A stretch of 64,000 nucleotides of DNA. Source: Vicugna vicugna (taxonomy: Eukaryota). The stretch is taken from NCBI GenBank assembly GCA_013265495.1, contig MU058387.1, positions 930,001 to 994,000 on the forward strand, given 5' to 3'. This document shows positions 24,425 through 36,704 of this stretch, one piece after another. Made by a program: the position numbers and the translations under genes. The notes under the pieces are model-generated. The model saw only the letters and a program-made list of their open reading frames with translations. It ran no database searches and had not been told where the DNA came from. Position 1 is the first letter of the stretch; the number at the start of each line of letters is the position of its first letter.

Positions 24425-24685
24425 CAAAATTTTAAAAATTTTTTTAGTCAAGAACTTACTTTTTAGAGCAATTTTAGGTTTGCAGCAAAATTGGGAAAGA
24501 TGTACAGAGATTTCCCATATACCCTCTGCTCCTACATATGCATACTCTCCTCCATTTATCAACATCCCCTATGAGAGTGGTACATTTATTAAAGATGATG
24601 AACAAATATTGCCATACTACAATCCACTCAAGTTTGAGTGTACCTTAGAAATCATTCTCGGTGTTGTATATTCTATGAGTTTAGA
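24425..24685 (-). mobile_element. L1MC-like 3' end
   Basis: TTTTTAGAGCAATTTTAGGTTTGCAGCAAAATTG...GTACAGAGATTTCCCATATACCC...AGTGGTACATTT...GGTGTTGTATATTCTATGAGTTT; decayed TSD TGGCCTAGATTT / TGGTCTAGACTT. Confidence 0.8.
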
Positions 24686-24969
24686 TGGTCTAGACTTTTT
24701 AATTCCTGAAAGTTAGACTGTTCTTAGATCTGAAATTTACCATAATCTTCCACACTATAACAGAGGATAGAAATAGTTCAGACTGCCCATGAAGGCGCTG
24801 ATGAGGAAATAGAAATATACTGATCGCGCCCTTCCAAGTCCCTTTGACTCACCTCTGCAATTGTATATATTACCTGGTACATAATACACTCTGAAAAAAA
24901 TTTTGTTGGACTACCCTGAGTTGCACTTCCAGCACCCATTTACCTAGCACCTGATTCATAATTAATTTA

Positions 24970-25212
24970 AAGCAGCAAAATATAATGGCTAAGAAAATTA
25001 TAAGAGCTAGATGAAATCATATTTGAATACCAGTTCGTTCTTTTTTTACTAATTATATGACTGAAATGCAAATGTATTAATTTCTAGTAGCCTAATTTTC
25101 TTTGAAATAGGAGATGATTATAATCTCAACCTCATTTAGTTGTTATAAAATTAAATAAAATAATATTTGCAAAGTTCTTAGCACTGCTATCAACACATTG
25201 TAAGCACTCGAT
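24970..25212 (+). mobile_element. MIR SINE
   Basis: TTTGAATACCAGTTC...CCTAATTTTC...GTTGTTATAAAATTAAATAAAATAATATTTGCAAAGTTCTTAGCAC...GTAAGCACTC. Confidence 0.6.
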
Positions 25213-26129
25213 TTATTTTTGAAATTCTTGGTAGATTTTTTATTTAAAAAAAGCCTGATAAATATTTAAATAAAATTAACATATTAAAACCCTTTTCTCC
25301 ACTTTTGAAGACAAAGAAACGGGGTCCCAAGTTGTTTGGAGATTTGGGTGAGACATTGTAAGCCATCTAGATGAACCCCTTGTCAGATGCACAAAATTAT
25401 TTCAGCAGATAATTGAACTTAAACTGACATATGCAATACAGACAACTTATAGATTAAAAGAACTGAGATGTCCAGGGAGTAAGCAAGACTCAAGCGGTGA
25501 TCAGCTCCATTTCTCAAGGATTCTCCAAAACCTACCCTCTTCTTTATGTTGGTTGCATCCTCAGGCTTAGTTCGTGCAAGGTAACCAGATGGCTGAATCC
25601 ATTCCTAAGCTTACAGCTGTCTAAATTATGAGAGCTTCTGGCCAAACATAAAACAGTGATTTTTCCTTTCTTCAGATGGCACCACCTGAGATCGCATGCC
25701 CTTTCCTTCCCTTCCCTTGTAGACAAAGTAACGACTTATCCTGACAGACCAGGGTGTGATTAAATGCCCGTGGTTGAATCCTTTGATACAATGGGTGGCC
25801 CATGGCAGTATACTTACTTTCTTGTGTTCCTCAGGTCCTACCTTTGAGTTGGGGCTGGAGTTAATCCTGCTCAGTCAACACTATTGCCATTCATTGGGCA
25901 AAAATACAATGTCTTCTACGAAGACCATGCACAACATTCACATTCTCTGTGAACAGACAGAGTGGGTTTGAATATTCTCTGTCATGGGAAACTTACTGCA
26001 ACCTACCCAAGTCACAAGTTTTTACTGTTGACAAATTTTGATCTCTATGTCTCAGGTTTTATGTTTGAGGATGAACTGAAGGAAAAGACGCCAGTCTTCC
26101 TGGACTGACTAAGGCAATCTGAGAGACAC

Positions 26130-26362
26130 TCATTAAATGGTCCTTACATATAAGTCAGAATTCTAAGTGTATTACATATTTGTAATAATTTAATCTTCAC
26201 AGACTTGTGAAGCAGAATCTAGTACCATCTGCATTTTACAGATGTGGTAACTGAGACACAGTGGTTAAATAACTTCTACAAGATAAGGGTCACAAAGAAA
26301 TTGGCAGAGCCAGGATTTGAGTCCAGGTATTTTGGCTCCCAAATCTATGTTTTTAACCATAC
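26130..26362 (-). mobile_element. MIR SINE
   Basis: ATTTAATCTTCACAG...CATTTTACAGATGTGGTAACTGAGACACAG.GGTTAAATAACTT...GGCAGAGCCAGGATTTGAGTCCAGG. Confidence 0.8.
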
Positions 26363-29300
26363 GGCAATAAAAAACATCACTTTATTAGTTGAGAACCCTT
26401 AGTCTAGAGGGAAGTGAAAAGGATTGTAAAGCCTGTTGGGTGGATTGGAAAAACTTGATATAGTTTGATGGATCTATCCATCTATCTTTCTATCTATACA
26501 TCAACCCTTCTATCAAATCTACCTATTTTTTTCCAGGAGTACAATATAGGGGGAAGTATAATAACAATTTCTAAAAGTTTCTGTCTTTTATTTTTAATAT
26601 GATGCATATGCATTACATTCATTTACTTACTTAATTACTCATTTATTTTTATTCACTAAAATTTTACTACCCATTCATTCAAGCCTACACACTGGACTAG
26701 TTCCTTGAAATACAGAGATTTAAGATAGGCTTCCTGCTCTCAAAGAGATAACAGTGCTGCCTCTTAGACCAATGTTTTTGAAATTGTGGGTCATGACTCA
26801 TCAATTAAAAAAAGGATAATAAATGTTGAGATCTTTGTATGTGATAAGCGTGTTATCTGTTCTACATGTTTATGTGTGAGTAAGTGTTCTGTGTGTACTG
26901 GTTTATGGTATAAACTATGTTTCTTATTTTGGAGCACGTAGAGCATGTTCCAAAATATTCTAGAATGACTGCATTAGAGTCTAGCCAAATAAATCCTTAG
27001 ACCTTTCCCAAACATTGACTTTCCTATCGTTATATTACACTTACTTTAAGGAAAGGGTGGTACCTTATATTCTGCTTTATTCCTCCTGGAACTCATTCTA
27101 GTAATTTCCTCAGGGCAGCTGCTTGATGTGATTGGTTGTCTTCCTGATTAATGAAGAAGTGTTTTATTTGGAGTTACTGGTGTCCATTATTGATTGATAT
27201 CTTCTTTCCCTGGCTTTAGTTTAGAAGCCATTTAAACAATATGTTTGACTGTGTGACAAGTAAAACAAGTGTTTGTTTGGCCAAAATTGTGAGTTTTTTC
27301 AACCAATTAATTTTCTTCTTATAGATGGAGCCCAAGCCTTGCTTCTGATCAGCTATCACCAGGCAATAACTCTTGTTCTCTAACCTTATTAAAGTAGATT
27401 TGTTTTGTCAATATTGAGGTAAAATGGCTTTAACTAGTATTATTAAATTCTAAGTCAAGCAATGGTTTTACCATAGGAGTTTACGCTTTGTGGTTGCAGC
27501 GTTTTATGGATTTATTCTCCTTGCTGTCAGCATAAAAAAGACCAGCTGGAAAAGGCTACATTAACTGAAGACCACAAGATTTTGGCCATGCCAGTGACCC
27601 AACATTGGAGAATCTGGGTCAGAAATTTCATGTGTGGCAGATAATTTCATAGGATATCATGGGTTTTTTTTTTTTAATCATTTCTTTCTCTATACCTCTC
27701 AAATTCTGCAGGCACATAAAGATATGGATTGGTTTCTACCATTTTCTCTGAGCGAAAAGCACTCTCTGGCATCTGACTTCTATGGAAAAGGGAAGAAGTA
27801 ACCAAAGCAAACAATTTGTTCCTTAAGAAAATGGAGCAGAGCAAACTTTATAGGAGGTTCAGGACTTTTCTACAAAGAATGCCTGTGTAGTTAATGTTCA
27901 CATACTCAATCTACTTTCTTTTCTAAACTTACTGAGAGTCACCTGGGAAAGTAATTCTTTAAACGAGTTATTCATGCTACAGAACACTTCTTATCTTACT
28001 TTCACTGCAATTTGAAAAGAGACTTTAAAAGGTATCTATCCATCTATATAGCTATGTAATTCATTCATTCACTCATTCATTTATTCACTGTTTTAAACAC
28101 TGCTAAAGGAAAAAGACAACCTCAGGAGCTTAAAAGATGGTAATAGCGCTCCTCTGTGTTTAATCACATCTTTCCCAAAATTTTCTGAGTTGCCACTGAT
28201 GTAAGCATTTTTCCTTGGTACCATTGCATAAATATAAATTAATACAAAAGCCCCATCCACGCAAACATCTTTAAAAAGCAGACTATTGAAAATCACCTGA
28301 AAACATTCAAAGGTAGTTCATAGTAGCATTATGTTTTATTGTTATAGTTTGAAATCACTTATTAGTAAGGTAAGTTAAGTTAATATAAGAAGAGTTGAAA
28401 ATTAGTTTACTAAGTCTGAAGAACTTTCTAGGGATAATTACTTTTGGTCTTGGAGAATTAATTTTTGTCACTTTCATTTGTTTTTGAAGTAAGTGTATTT
28501 ATAATGAGGCATGAAATTCATCTATAAATATTGCTTTAGGTCAGAAGGAATTCTCCTACTGGTCTTTGTAGTTCTAGGCTTTTGAAAGAATGTGTTCCAC
28601 TTACATCGACATAGTATACGTTAGCAGCCAAGTTAGACCCAGCGGTGTTTAAAGTAAGAGATTTTTGAGCCCTATGCGGACAAACAGTGGAACATTTAAA
28701 TATGTTTTAGCTTTTGGACATCTTAAATGTGTTTTGGTCTATGTCTACGTGTAACCCAGATTCGGTCAATGCAACATACTTGTGAGTATTTCTGTCACAT
28801 ACAAGTTGGGGTGGCGGAGTGTGGTTGATACCAAGTGGTTGATTTAGGGCAGTTGAACTAAACCAATATACTAGTGTTTTAACCAACAGGAATGCCATCT
28901 CTCTTTAAAATAACCCTTTAGACAATAGTCTAAACCCCATCTTGCTTGACCATAAGATTTTCAGTCTTTTGTCAGATTCTCCTCCCCAAGGATTTCTGAG
29001 TAATTTTAAATAACGTTTAGGTGTTTCACAAATCCAACCTGGCTGTCACATATCCCAGTTCCTATGTCTAAAAGCTATGATACGCTCAAAATAACTTCAA
29101 CCAACTATCTGTCTTCTCATGTCCTGGTCTTTCAGCCAAGATGTTGCAGAGACCACCTTATCTTCCATCAGTGGGATTGCCTTGGCCTTGTCTTTACTAC
29201 CCCCAAATGTCTCTATACTTTTTCAATCCTCTCTGAAGCAGAGCAAGAGGAAGGAAAAACAAAAAATACTGTTTACCTCTTACTCCCGATAATCAGCCCA

Positions 29301-29396
29301 TTGCCCAGTCAACATAATAATAATTAGCAGAGATACAGTGTCACTCTGCATGAAAATATTTCACATATTTATTTTATAAGTTTAGCTTACTATAGT

Positions 29397-29509
29397 TAGA
29401 GTTGTGAGACTTAGCAAATCAAAGTGCTTAAATTCTTATAAAGAATTATTTCTTCTTGACCTGAAATTTAAACTCAACCAGGTATCCTAGATTTTATCTG
29501 GCAACTCTA
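29397..29509. mobile_element. MER53 hAT MITE, internally deleted
   Basis: Terminal inverted repeats TAGAGTTGTGAGACTTAGCAAAT ... TGAAATTTAAACTCAACCAGGTATCCTAGATTTTATCTGGCAACTCTA. Confidence 0.7.
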
Positions 29510-29599
29510 GCTAATACTGAGAGTCTTTCTCCTAGTACTGGTTACTTGAAAAAAAATGTTTTTGCATAGGCAAAAATAATCAAATTAAGAATAAATCTA

Positions 29600-29725
29600 A
29601 ATGGAAAAGAATCTGAAAAGAAAAAATATATATGTATGTATATGTATAACTGAATCACTTTGCTATATTCCTGAAACTGACACTGTAAATTAACTACACT
29701 TCAATAAAAAAATAAAAAAAGAAAG
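29600..29725 (+). mobile_element. Very short 5'-truncated cetartiodactyl-type L1 3' end
   Basis: AATGGAAAAGAATCTGAAAAG...TATATGTATAACTGAATCACTTTGCT...CCTGAAACT...CTTCAATAAAAAA; TSD AGAATAAATCTA (29588-29599) / AGAATAATCTA (29726-29736). Confidence 0.88.
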
Positions 29726-32194
29726 AGAATAATCTAGCCTAAGGAATCTGAGTCTTCACTTAAAGAAACTGAGAAATTGATCCTTAAAAATAGCAGTTTC
29801 CCATCATCATTTAGGTATGAAAGATTCAAGGATTTTGGAGGTAAGTTTCAGATCATCCTGCAACATGGCTACTTTCCCTTCCTAACTGGCTGTTGCGATG
29901 CTCAGTGAGAAACTTTCCCTCAAGGTCATGCCCTGACCTTGGGGATATTTCCTTTGTTTCAAGGTTGGTTAATAGGATGACTTCCTCAGGTTCTCCTTTC
30001 CAGAAGTCTGAAGGAGTGAAGAAGGTTAATCGCATCCCCATAATCCAGCTTTTGCCATCTCCAATCCAAAGATCAGGATTATATAAAGCATTCACATAGT
30101 TGGGTCTTCCATATCTTCAACACCGTCCAAATGGGAGGACAATGGGGTGGGAAAAATGGTTCGCCCCAGGATAAAAATGACTTCAGGTCTCATCTAAATT
30201 AAGGGACTTCCCAAATACTGAAACTCTGAGTTATTTTAGAATTCTTTGCATTAATGATGCTGGAGGAGGGGACGGAGGCCACTTTCTGAGGTGTAGCTGT
30301 AAAAAGCTCTGACATCGTCACACTTGGCATATTCAGATGAATTCTGCATTGACACAACAGGGATTCGGCTCTGACTCAGATCACCAAAATCTGCAAACTC
30401 AGTTTTCGTAACCTGTTTAATGTCAGATTTATATCAGTGTTGAAATGCTTTAGCAATCAAATTAATTCAAATCTGCCCTAGCATCTCTTTACCCCAAGAT
30501 TAAAAATATTCACAATTATTGTCTTACGGAAATGTTTTTGCCTGTTTTCCTTACCAAGTTTAGACTTTGCTAGTACAACCTTTTGATTGGCTAACTACTG
30601 AAGCCTTAGCTCTATTATCCGTTACCTCAAAAATCGGTAACAGAATCTGAACCTTTGACCCCCATCCTAGCAAAGCAGTAATTAATGTCAGATACATTTT
30701 GATAACACTATTAAAATTGTTTTCAACACTTGAGTAGCTAATTAGAGAGTAGATTCCTGTATTACTTTACCAAGCCTCATCCCAGGGTGAACATTATCTT
30801 TCTGAAATACCTAACACTTTATGAAAATAATCAAATAAAGCATATTTTGGTATAGAGTGTGTTTATACAGGGAATGTACCTAACAAAACAGTAATTCTTT
30901 CTTCTCTGCCATTGACAGTGAAATGGCACTTTGACCCAAAACATTCTTTACATGACGATGGCACTGCTTGTGTTTTGAGAGGTTATGAAACTCAGTTAAG
31001 GTCATTGTTGGGTCTTGAAATCTTGTACAAGATTAATTTTTCCAATATATTTTGTAGTGTAGAAAGGATCAGATGAGGCGTGTAGGTCATGCAAGTGTCT
31101 GATAAAATTTTTCTTTGACACCTGCTGCCCACCCCACATTTTTTTTTAACGAGGAAATGTTGCTTGAGCTTGATGAGCCAGAAATAGTTTGTCCGCAATT
31201 TACTTATGAATAAATAAATCCCAGAAATGTCTACATTATTTCTAGATTTGATAAATACTAAACTAGGCCTGGGGAATTAAGACACATTTTGCTCTCAAAC
31301 ATTTTTTTTCAACATTTCACATTAATTAAAGCCTAAGATGCATTTGGCAAAGCTATTAAAGTAATTTTAAATCTAAGACTTTAGACTGTCAGCGCTTGGT
31401 CAATGTAATCTCCAGTCTTTAATAAATCTCATGACTACTGCACACAGTATTATTGGATTTTTTCTCCTTAAAGTGGATGTGGTATGCAGGGTGTTTTTTT
31501 CCCCCTCTGCTAACTGCAAACAATAAATCAAGGATGGATAAGAAAAACAGGTTAATTTCAGTTTGAAACTTTCCAATTACCATTTTGAATACTTTGAAAA
31601 AATTAGCAAAACGTGAAATGAATAAGTATACTTCTAAACGTTAAATATTGCTAAGGAAACATTTTGTAATTTTGTTAGAAAAGGAATTGGTGATAACTGG
31701 CGTCTACTTAAACACGTGTTGTTTTATCCGTATTTCTAAGATGTACTCAATTCTATTAAAGTGGATAGATGCTGGCACACACTCTGATCATTTCCCTTTG
31801 TCTCAGAGTATGTGACCGACCTCATCTAACAATTCCTCACATCTCTTATTTCACTCTCCAAACTCTACCGTTTTCAAAGAAAATCCTCTACCAGGAGGAC
31901 ATTTCTGACCAAACACACATCAACCTCTCATTATTTTTTATTATTTTCTTCCTAGTCAGTAAAACACTTAGTCATTCATTTTTTCCCCTGATTATTTAGT
32001 TATACTCCTTGCAAGTGAATGCTACACTTCAGTATATATGTATGTATCACCAGAACCTTATTAGACGTAGTAGGAACTGATTATTTACTATGTGCCTGGA
32101 ATGCATTCATTCATTTAATCCTAATAACAATTCAAAGAAGTAAGAACTGCCATTTTCTTGCTCCCTTTTTTTTTTATTTTTCTCTTCCTTTTCT

Positions 32195-32490
32195 TTATAT
32201 TTTAACTATGGCTTGCTTGACTATCTCTTAAATTCTTTCCTGCGAGAAGCCAAGGACCCTTACTTGGCAAGGCCAGAAAAGACGATATAGGAAAAAGTGT
32301 GGGGAGGGGTGGGAGACGATGGCCGTGTCCCAGGTCTCAGTTGAGTCCCTGGGATGCCCCCTACCACGTGAGGGTTGTTGGCTTTGCACAGGAAAAAATT
32401 TAAGAGGGATCTGCTGTTGAGTAATAGATTTAGAGAGATGTATATACCATAGAGTGCAGGCTGTCTTAGAAGGCGAGAGAAAGAGTGACT
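32195..32490. mobile_element. Two ERV1-type LTR R/U5 fragments in opposite orientation
   Basis: The U5-like motif CTCTTAAATTCTTTCCTGCGAGAAGCCAAGGACCC lies on + at 32225, and its homolog lies on - ending at 32406. Confidence 0.65.
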
Positions 32491-33754
32491 ATTTCTCTCT
32501 TTCTTAGCAGAGAAATCTTATCTTTAGAGATGCTTTCGCTAAAGACGTCTAGTTGTTCTACACTGAAACCAAGCCCTTTATACCATGTCTGATGGCTTCA
32601 CAATCAGGGTCTACTCAATATTCCAAAGTCAACCATGAGTGTAGATCGAGGTGATGAGAGAAATGGTTCCAGAAGGCTTCTGACTTCCTTAGGGGAAATG
32701 GTCTTCGGAAACTAGTATAACCCAGTCCTCCAGAACCCACCCACATACACTGGTCAGGATGGAAACTCGTGCACGCTCACATGCGCACATGGACACAGAG
32801 GCACAGAGGCGTTTATGTCGGGTGGTGGAGTAGGGAAAGAGGCACATTTAACCAATGCCTCGTCTGCATTCGGGGTGTCGGGGCAGGAAAGAATCAGCAT
32901 GTTTCTGACAGGGCTCTCCGAGTCAGGTTACCTCCTCCTCTCTGTCTCTTTCAGAAGGCGAGCTTGCCGATCACCAGTTCATTTCTCTCAACTTTGTTGT
33001 TGGATTCAATCACCATTAGCTTATTCATCCCAAAATCAGCTAAAAGTGTTTTTTTTTAAAATGGGTTGTGGAAAGAATTATTTTAATACAAGATCATGTC
33101 TTGGTGAGACATACGAGTCCTTTTTGTGCTTTTCTTACTACTTTGAGTTTAAAACATTTAAAAATTGTTTTTTCCCCACACATTTTAAGGAGGGATTGCC
33201 ACCGAGAAATCTTCACAGCGCTCTCAGAGTGAGTTACACACAAGGGCTTGGGATGACTGCCCTTGGTAAAGCTGAGGTTATCACCTAAAATCTTTATCCT
33301 CTTCTTGGACTTCACAGCACAGTGGAGAGGCTGATGACAGGAAGCCTAAGACACTGGGTTAGTTACAAAACTGTAAGGACCCCAAATCTGTCCCGAAAGT
33401 AGCCCTTAGGATGACCAAATTCTAAGTTTTCTTACTAAGAACTCCGTGCTGGTGGACACTAAATTAGCTCAATCATTTCTCTTTGAATTTTGAGAACAGA
33501 TAAGGATAGCCACCTTTCTAGAATAGTTAGGCTTTCTTCCCCATATTGAATTCATGGAGGAGTTTAGAAAACATACTGTTCCCTGCTCGTGTCGTGCACT
33601 CACATATCAGCATCTTGCAGATGACACATGGTTCCTCCCGTGACATTGCTGCCCCGAGACTGAACAGCTGCTGTCTGTGGAGCTCCCAGCTCTGAGGTGG
33701 ACTTTCAGAAGTTTATCCGTGTTTAATATCACTGAGCAATCAATCCTCCCCTGC

Positions 33755-33822
33755 TGTATTTGTCAGGATTATCCAGACAAACATTATATATATAGTGAGA
33801 GAGAGAGATATATAGATATATG

Positions 33823-33854
<32 letters not shown>

Positions 33855-34259
33855 TAGACATAGAGAGATTCATTTTATGGAGTTGGCTTCCACAGTTGTG
33901 AGGGCTGGCAAGTCCAAAATCTATAGAGAAAGATGGTAGTCTGGAAATTCATATACAAGTTGGTGTTGCAGCCTTGATTTTGAAATCTGCAGGCTGGGAA
34001 CTCAGGTAAGGTTCCCATACTGCAGTTTTAAGACAGAATTACTTTTTACTCAGGAAGCCTCAGTCTTTATTCTTAAGGCCTTCAACTGATTGGATGAGCC
34101 TCCCCCTACCCTTGTGGAGGGTAATCTTTTTTTTTACTCAAACTCTACTGACTTATCATGTCTAAAAAAAAATCTTCACAGCAGTGTTTGGACTGGTGTT
34201 TGAGCAAAAAACTGGGCCCAGTAGCCTAGTCAAGATGACACATAAAATTCACCACCACA
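33755..34259 (-). mobile_element. ERVL solo LTR, MLT2B-like, with (TA)n(GA)n microsatellite
   Basis: TGTATTTGTCAGGATT...GGGCTGGCAAGTCCAAAATCT...AAGGCCTTCAACTGATTGGATGAG...TAGCCTAGTCAAGATGACACATAAAATTCACCACCACA. Confidence 0.88.
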
Positions 34260-34579
34260 CACGCTTTGCATGTAGATTTGAATGATACAGAAAGATGCGT
34301 GTAAAGATAGGAAATACTAGCTGTTTAGAAACTAGGATTTGGATTTTTTTTTCCTGAATTTTTAAGGTTATCTTTAATCAAGAATGTGTGAGAAATAATA
34401 ACAAGCTTACCCTACTTCCACTGCCATACAGAAACAGATAAATAAAAATAAAAGGATTAGTGAATACTATGATGCTTCATTTGAGTCACATGAGCTGGAA
34501 ATAAAATATAAACTAGAGAAGGTGGTTCTCAATGTTCCTTTGTTTTGGAATCAATTTAATCAAATCAAGATATTTTAGT

Positions 34580-35200
34580 CTTGCAAACTTATTCAACAAT
34601 ATCTATTGACCATCTTCTATATGTCAGGCACATTTTAAAGCTCTGGTGACATAGCAAAGAGCAAAACAAACTTTAAATGAACTTCACATTTTGGTGGCCA
34701 TTGCCTGGTAATAAAGAAGTAAAGATGGTGCACATGCATGTTAGAAATTGATGGGAGAAGGTGCAGTTTTAGAGAGGTCTGTTATGTGAGGTGTCTCTGA
34801 AGAGGTGATGTTTGGGCTGAGACCTGAATGAAGAATGTGAGTTCTATTGATATCTGGGGAAAGAGGAAATGACCATATTTGGAATATTCCAGAAACAGCT
34901 AGAGATGAGTATGGCTAGAGTTAGGAGGTGAGCCCTAGAGTATAATGTCAGAGAAAGGGTGGAGACTAGGATATCTATGCCTTTGTTGGTCATAATAAAG
35001 ATTTTGAACTTCATTCTTAGTGAGAAGAAAGCCCTTAGAGAATTAGAACACAGGAGTAATCAGACTTTAGATTTTGATAGGATTCTTTTGGTAGCTGTAA
35101 AGATTTCTACTAAGAGGAGGTTAGGCAACAGTATTTGAAAAGAGTCAATGAACTAGCTGCAGAGAGAGTGAGAAGTGGTTGAATTCTGCATATGTGAAAA
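34580..35200 (-). mobile_element. L2 LINE 3' region
   Basis: ATTCAACAATATCTATTGA..ATCTTCTATATGTCAGGCAC; TCTCTGAAGAGGTGATGTTTGGGCTGAGACCTGAATGAAG; GTGAGAAGTGGTTGAATTCTGCATATGT. Confidence 0.75.
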
Positions 35201-36051
35201 AAATCTATTTGAATAGTATGAATGGTACAATGCTACAATTTGTATTAAGATACTTCCCAATGGACAAAATAAACATAGAAATTCTCATTGGTAAGATCTT
35301 TAGATAAAAGTGTGCAACATCTGTGGGTTTTAGGAGGATACACGGGAGAAGGCTTGAAGCCTACAGATGAGGTTAAGTTGTGCTGTGTCTCTTACCAAGC
35401 CAATGCAGTAAGTTAGTCATCTTCCGGCCTCATCCTCCTTCTTAAGTGAAGGGGAGATAGAGAAGTGGGGCGGAGAGCAGGCGACCCAGATCATCTGCTC
35501 TGACTCAATGTCTGCTCATAGGGCAAAATCTTCTCAACTTCTCCAACTGCATTGATGTTCACATATGGGGTTCATATCCTTCCTTCAACCTTTTTGCCTG
35601 CTTGGCTTCTTAGCTACAGTTCCCTTCCATGATTTTCAGGGAAAGAATAGGAACCACAAAAGCTACACAGTCTGATTTGCAAGAGGAATGGAATATCCAA
35701 GAGCATCTTATTCTATACAGGGTTGTGCTGGGTAGAGAAGGTGTGACACCTCAGGGTAAGTTGGGACTGTGGTGTCACATCCGGCAGCCCAGTGTCCTGT
35801 GACCTGAGAGAGCATTAGCACCAATACTTCAGGACAGAATCTCATGAGTGAGTTTGTTAGGGAAAAAAGTGTTAGGTCCACCCCAGGGCTGGTTTGTACA
35901 CACAAATAATAGAAGATAAGGTTTTGAATAAGAGCTTTTGTAAATAGAATTCAAAATACTAACCCTACCATACCTCTTGGTATAAATATGTGAGGGAGAT
36001 GACACTGCTATTTAACTGTCCTGTCTGGATCATGACTTTTTAAATGACATA

Positions 36052-36419
36052 TAGTTGATCTCATCATTCTCAGTACTTATGGTCTACCAAGATGCCTTGA
36101 ACACCAAATTAGCAAATACTGAACCATCCCTCCTGCATGCCTGTAAGTTAGAATGTTTTCATAAACCACTGCATGATCTTGTTTTATGGTTGTTTATGTG
36201 TCAAGATACCTTACTGAATATGTATATATCATTGCTTCATTAACCACTGAAATCCTGGCCAACAGGCCTATATCTCAAGTCTGAGGGAAGCTTTTCTAAG
36301 ACATGTATTTTTCTGTAACGTACATCGCAGCTTTCTGGCTCTGAGGGACAATAGTTGCACTCAGGACTATGCCCCCGGGGCCATTTTGAACAGCAAAATC
36401 ACTCCCAGAGCATAAAAAT

Positions 36420-36465
<46 letters not shown>

Positions 36466-36704
36466 ACTTGTTTACAATATGAAAACTGAAACAAGAAATC
36501 AGAGCATCACCTTATTCGACCTCACAGGGGAACGTGCAATTCAAGCAGTGACTCAGCGTTTCACCACTCTGAGTGTGTCCACTTATGATCATGATGATTA
36601 AACTATGAGTTTGGACTTTGGGATTACAAGTGGATCTTAGGGAGCAGGCAAATTTGCAAATACAAATTTGCAAATATGAATTTGCAAATAATTAGGGTCA
36701 ACTT
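36052..36704 (-). mobile_element. MER82 (TcMar-Tigger non-autonomous DNA transposon), near full length
   Basis: TIR-like ends TAGTTGATCTCATCATTC / AATAATTAGGGTCAACT flanked by TA; internal GGGGCCATTTTGAACAGCAAAATCAC and CTTGTTTACAATATGAAAACTGAAACAAGAA match MER82 as I recall it. Confidence 0.85.
36422..36461 (+). repeat. Pure A40 homopolymer
   Basis: 40 uninterrupted A, counted directly. Confidence 0.98.

Noticed and set aside
29397..29509. miR-1302-type hairpin from MER53
   Set aside because: The central palindromic MER53 segment that yields miR-1302 appears deleted in this copy.
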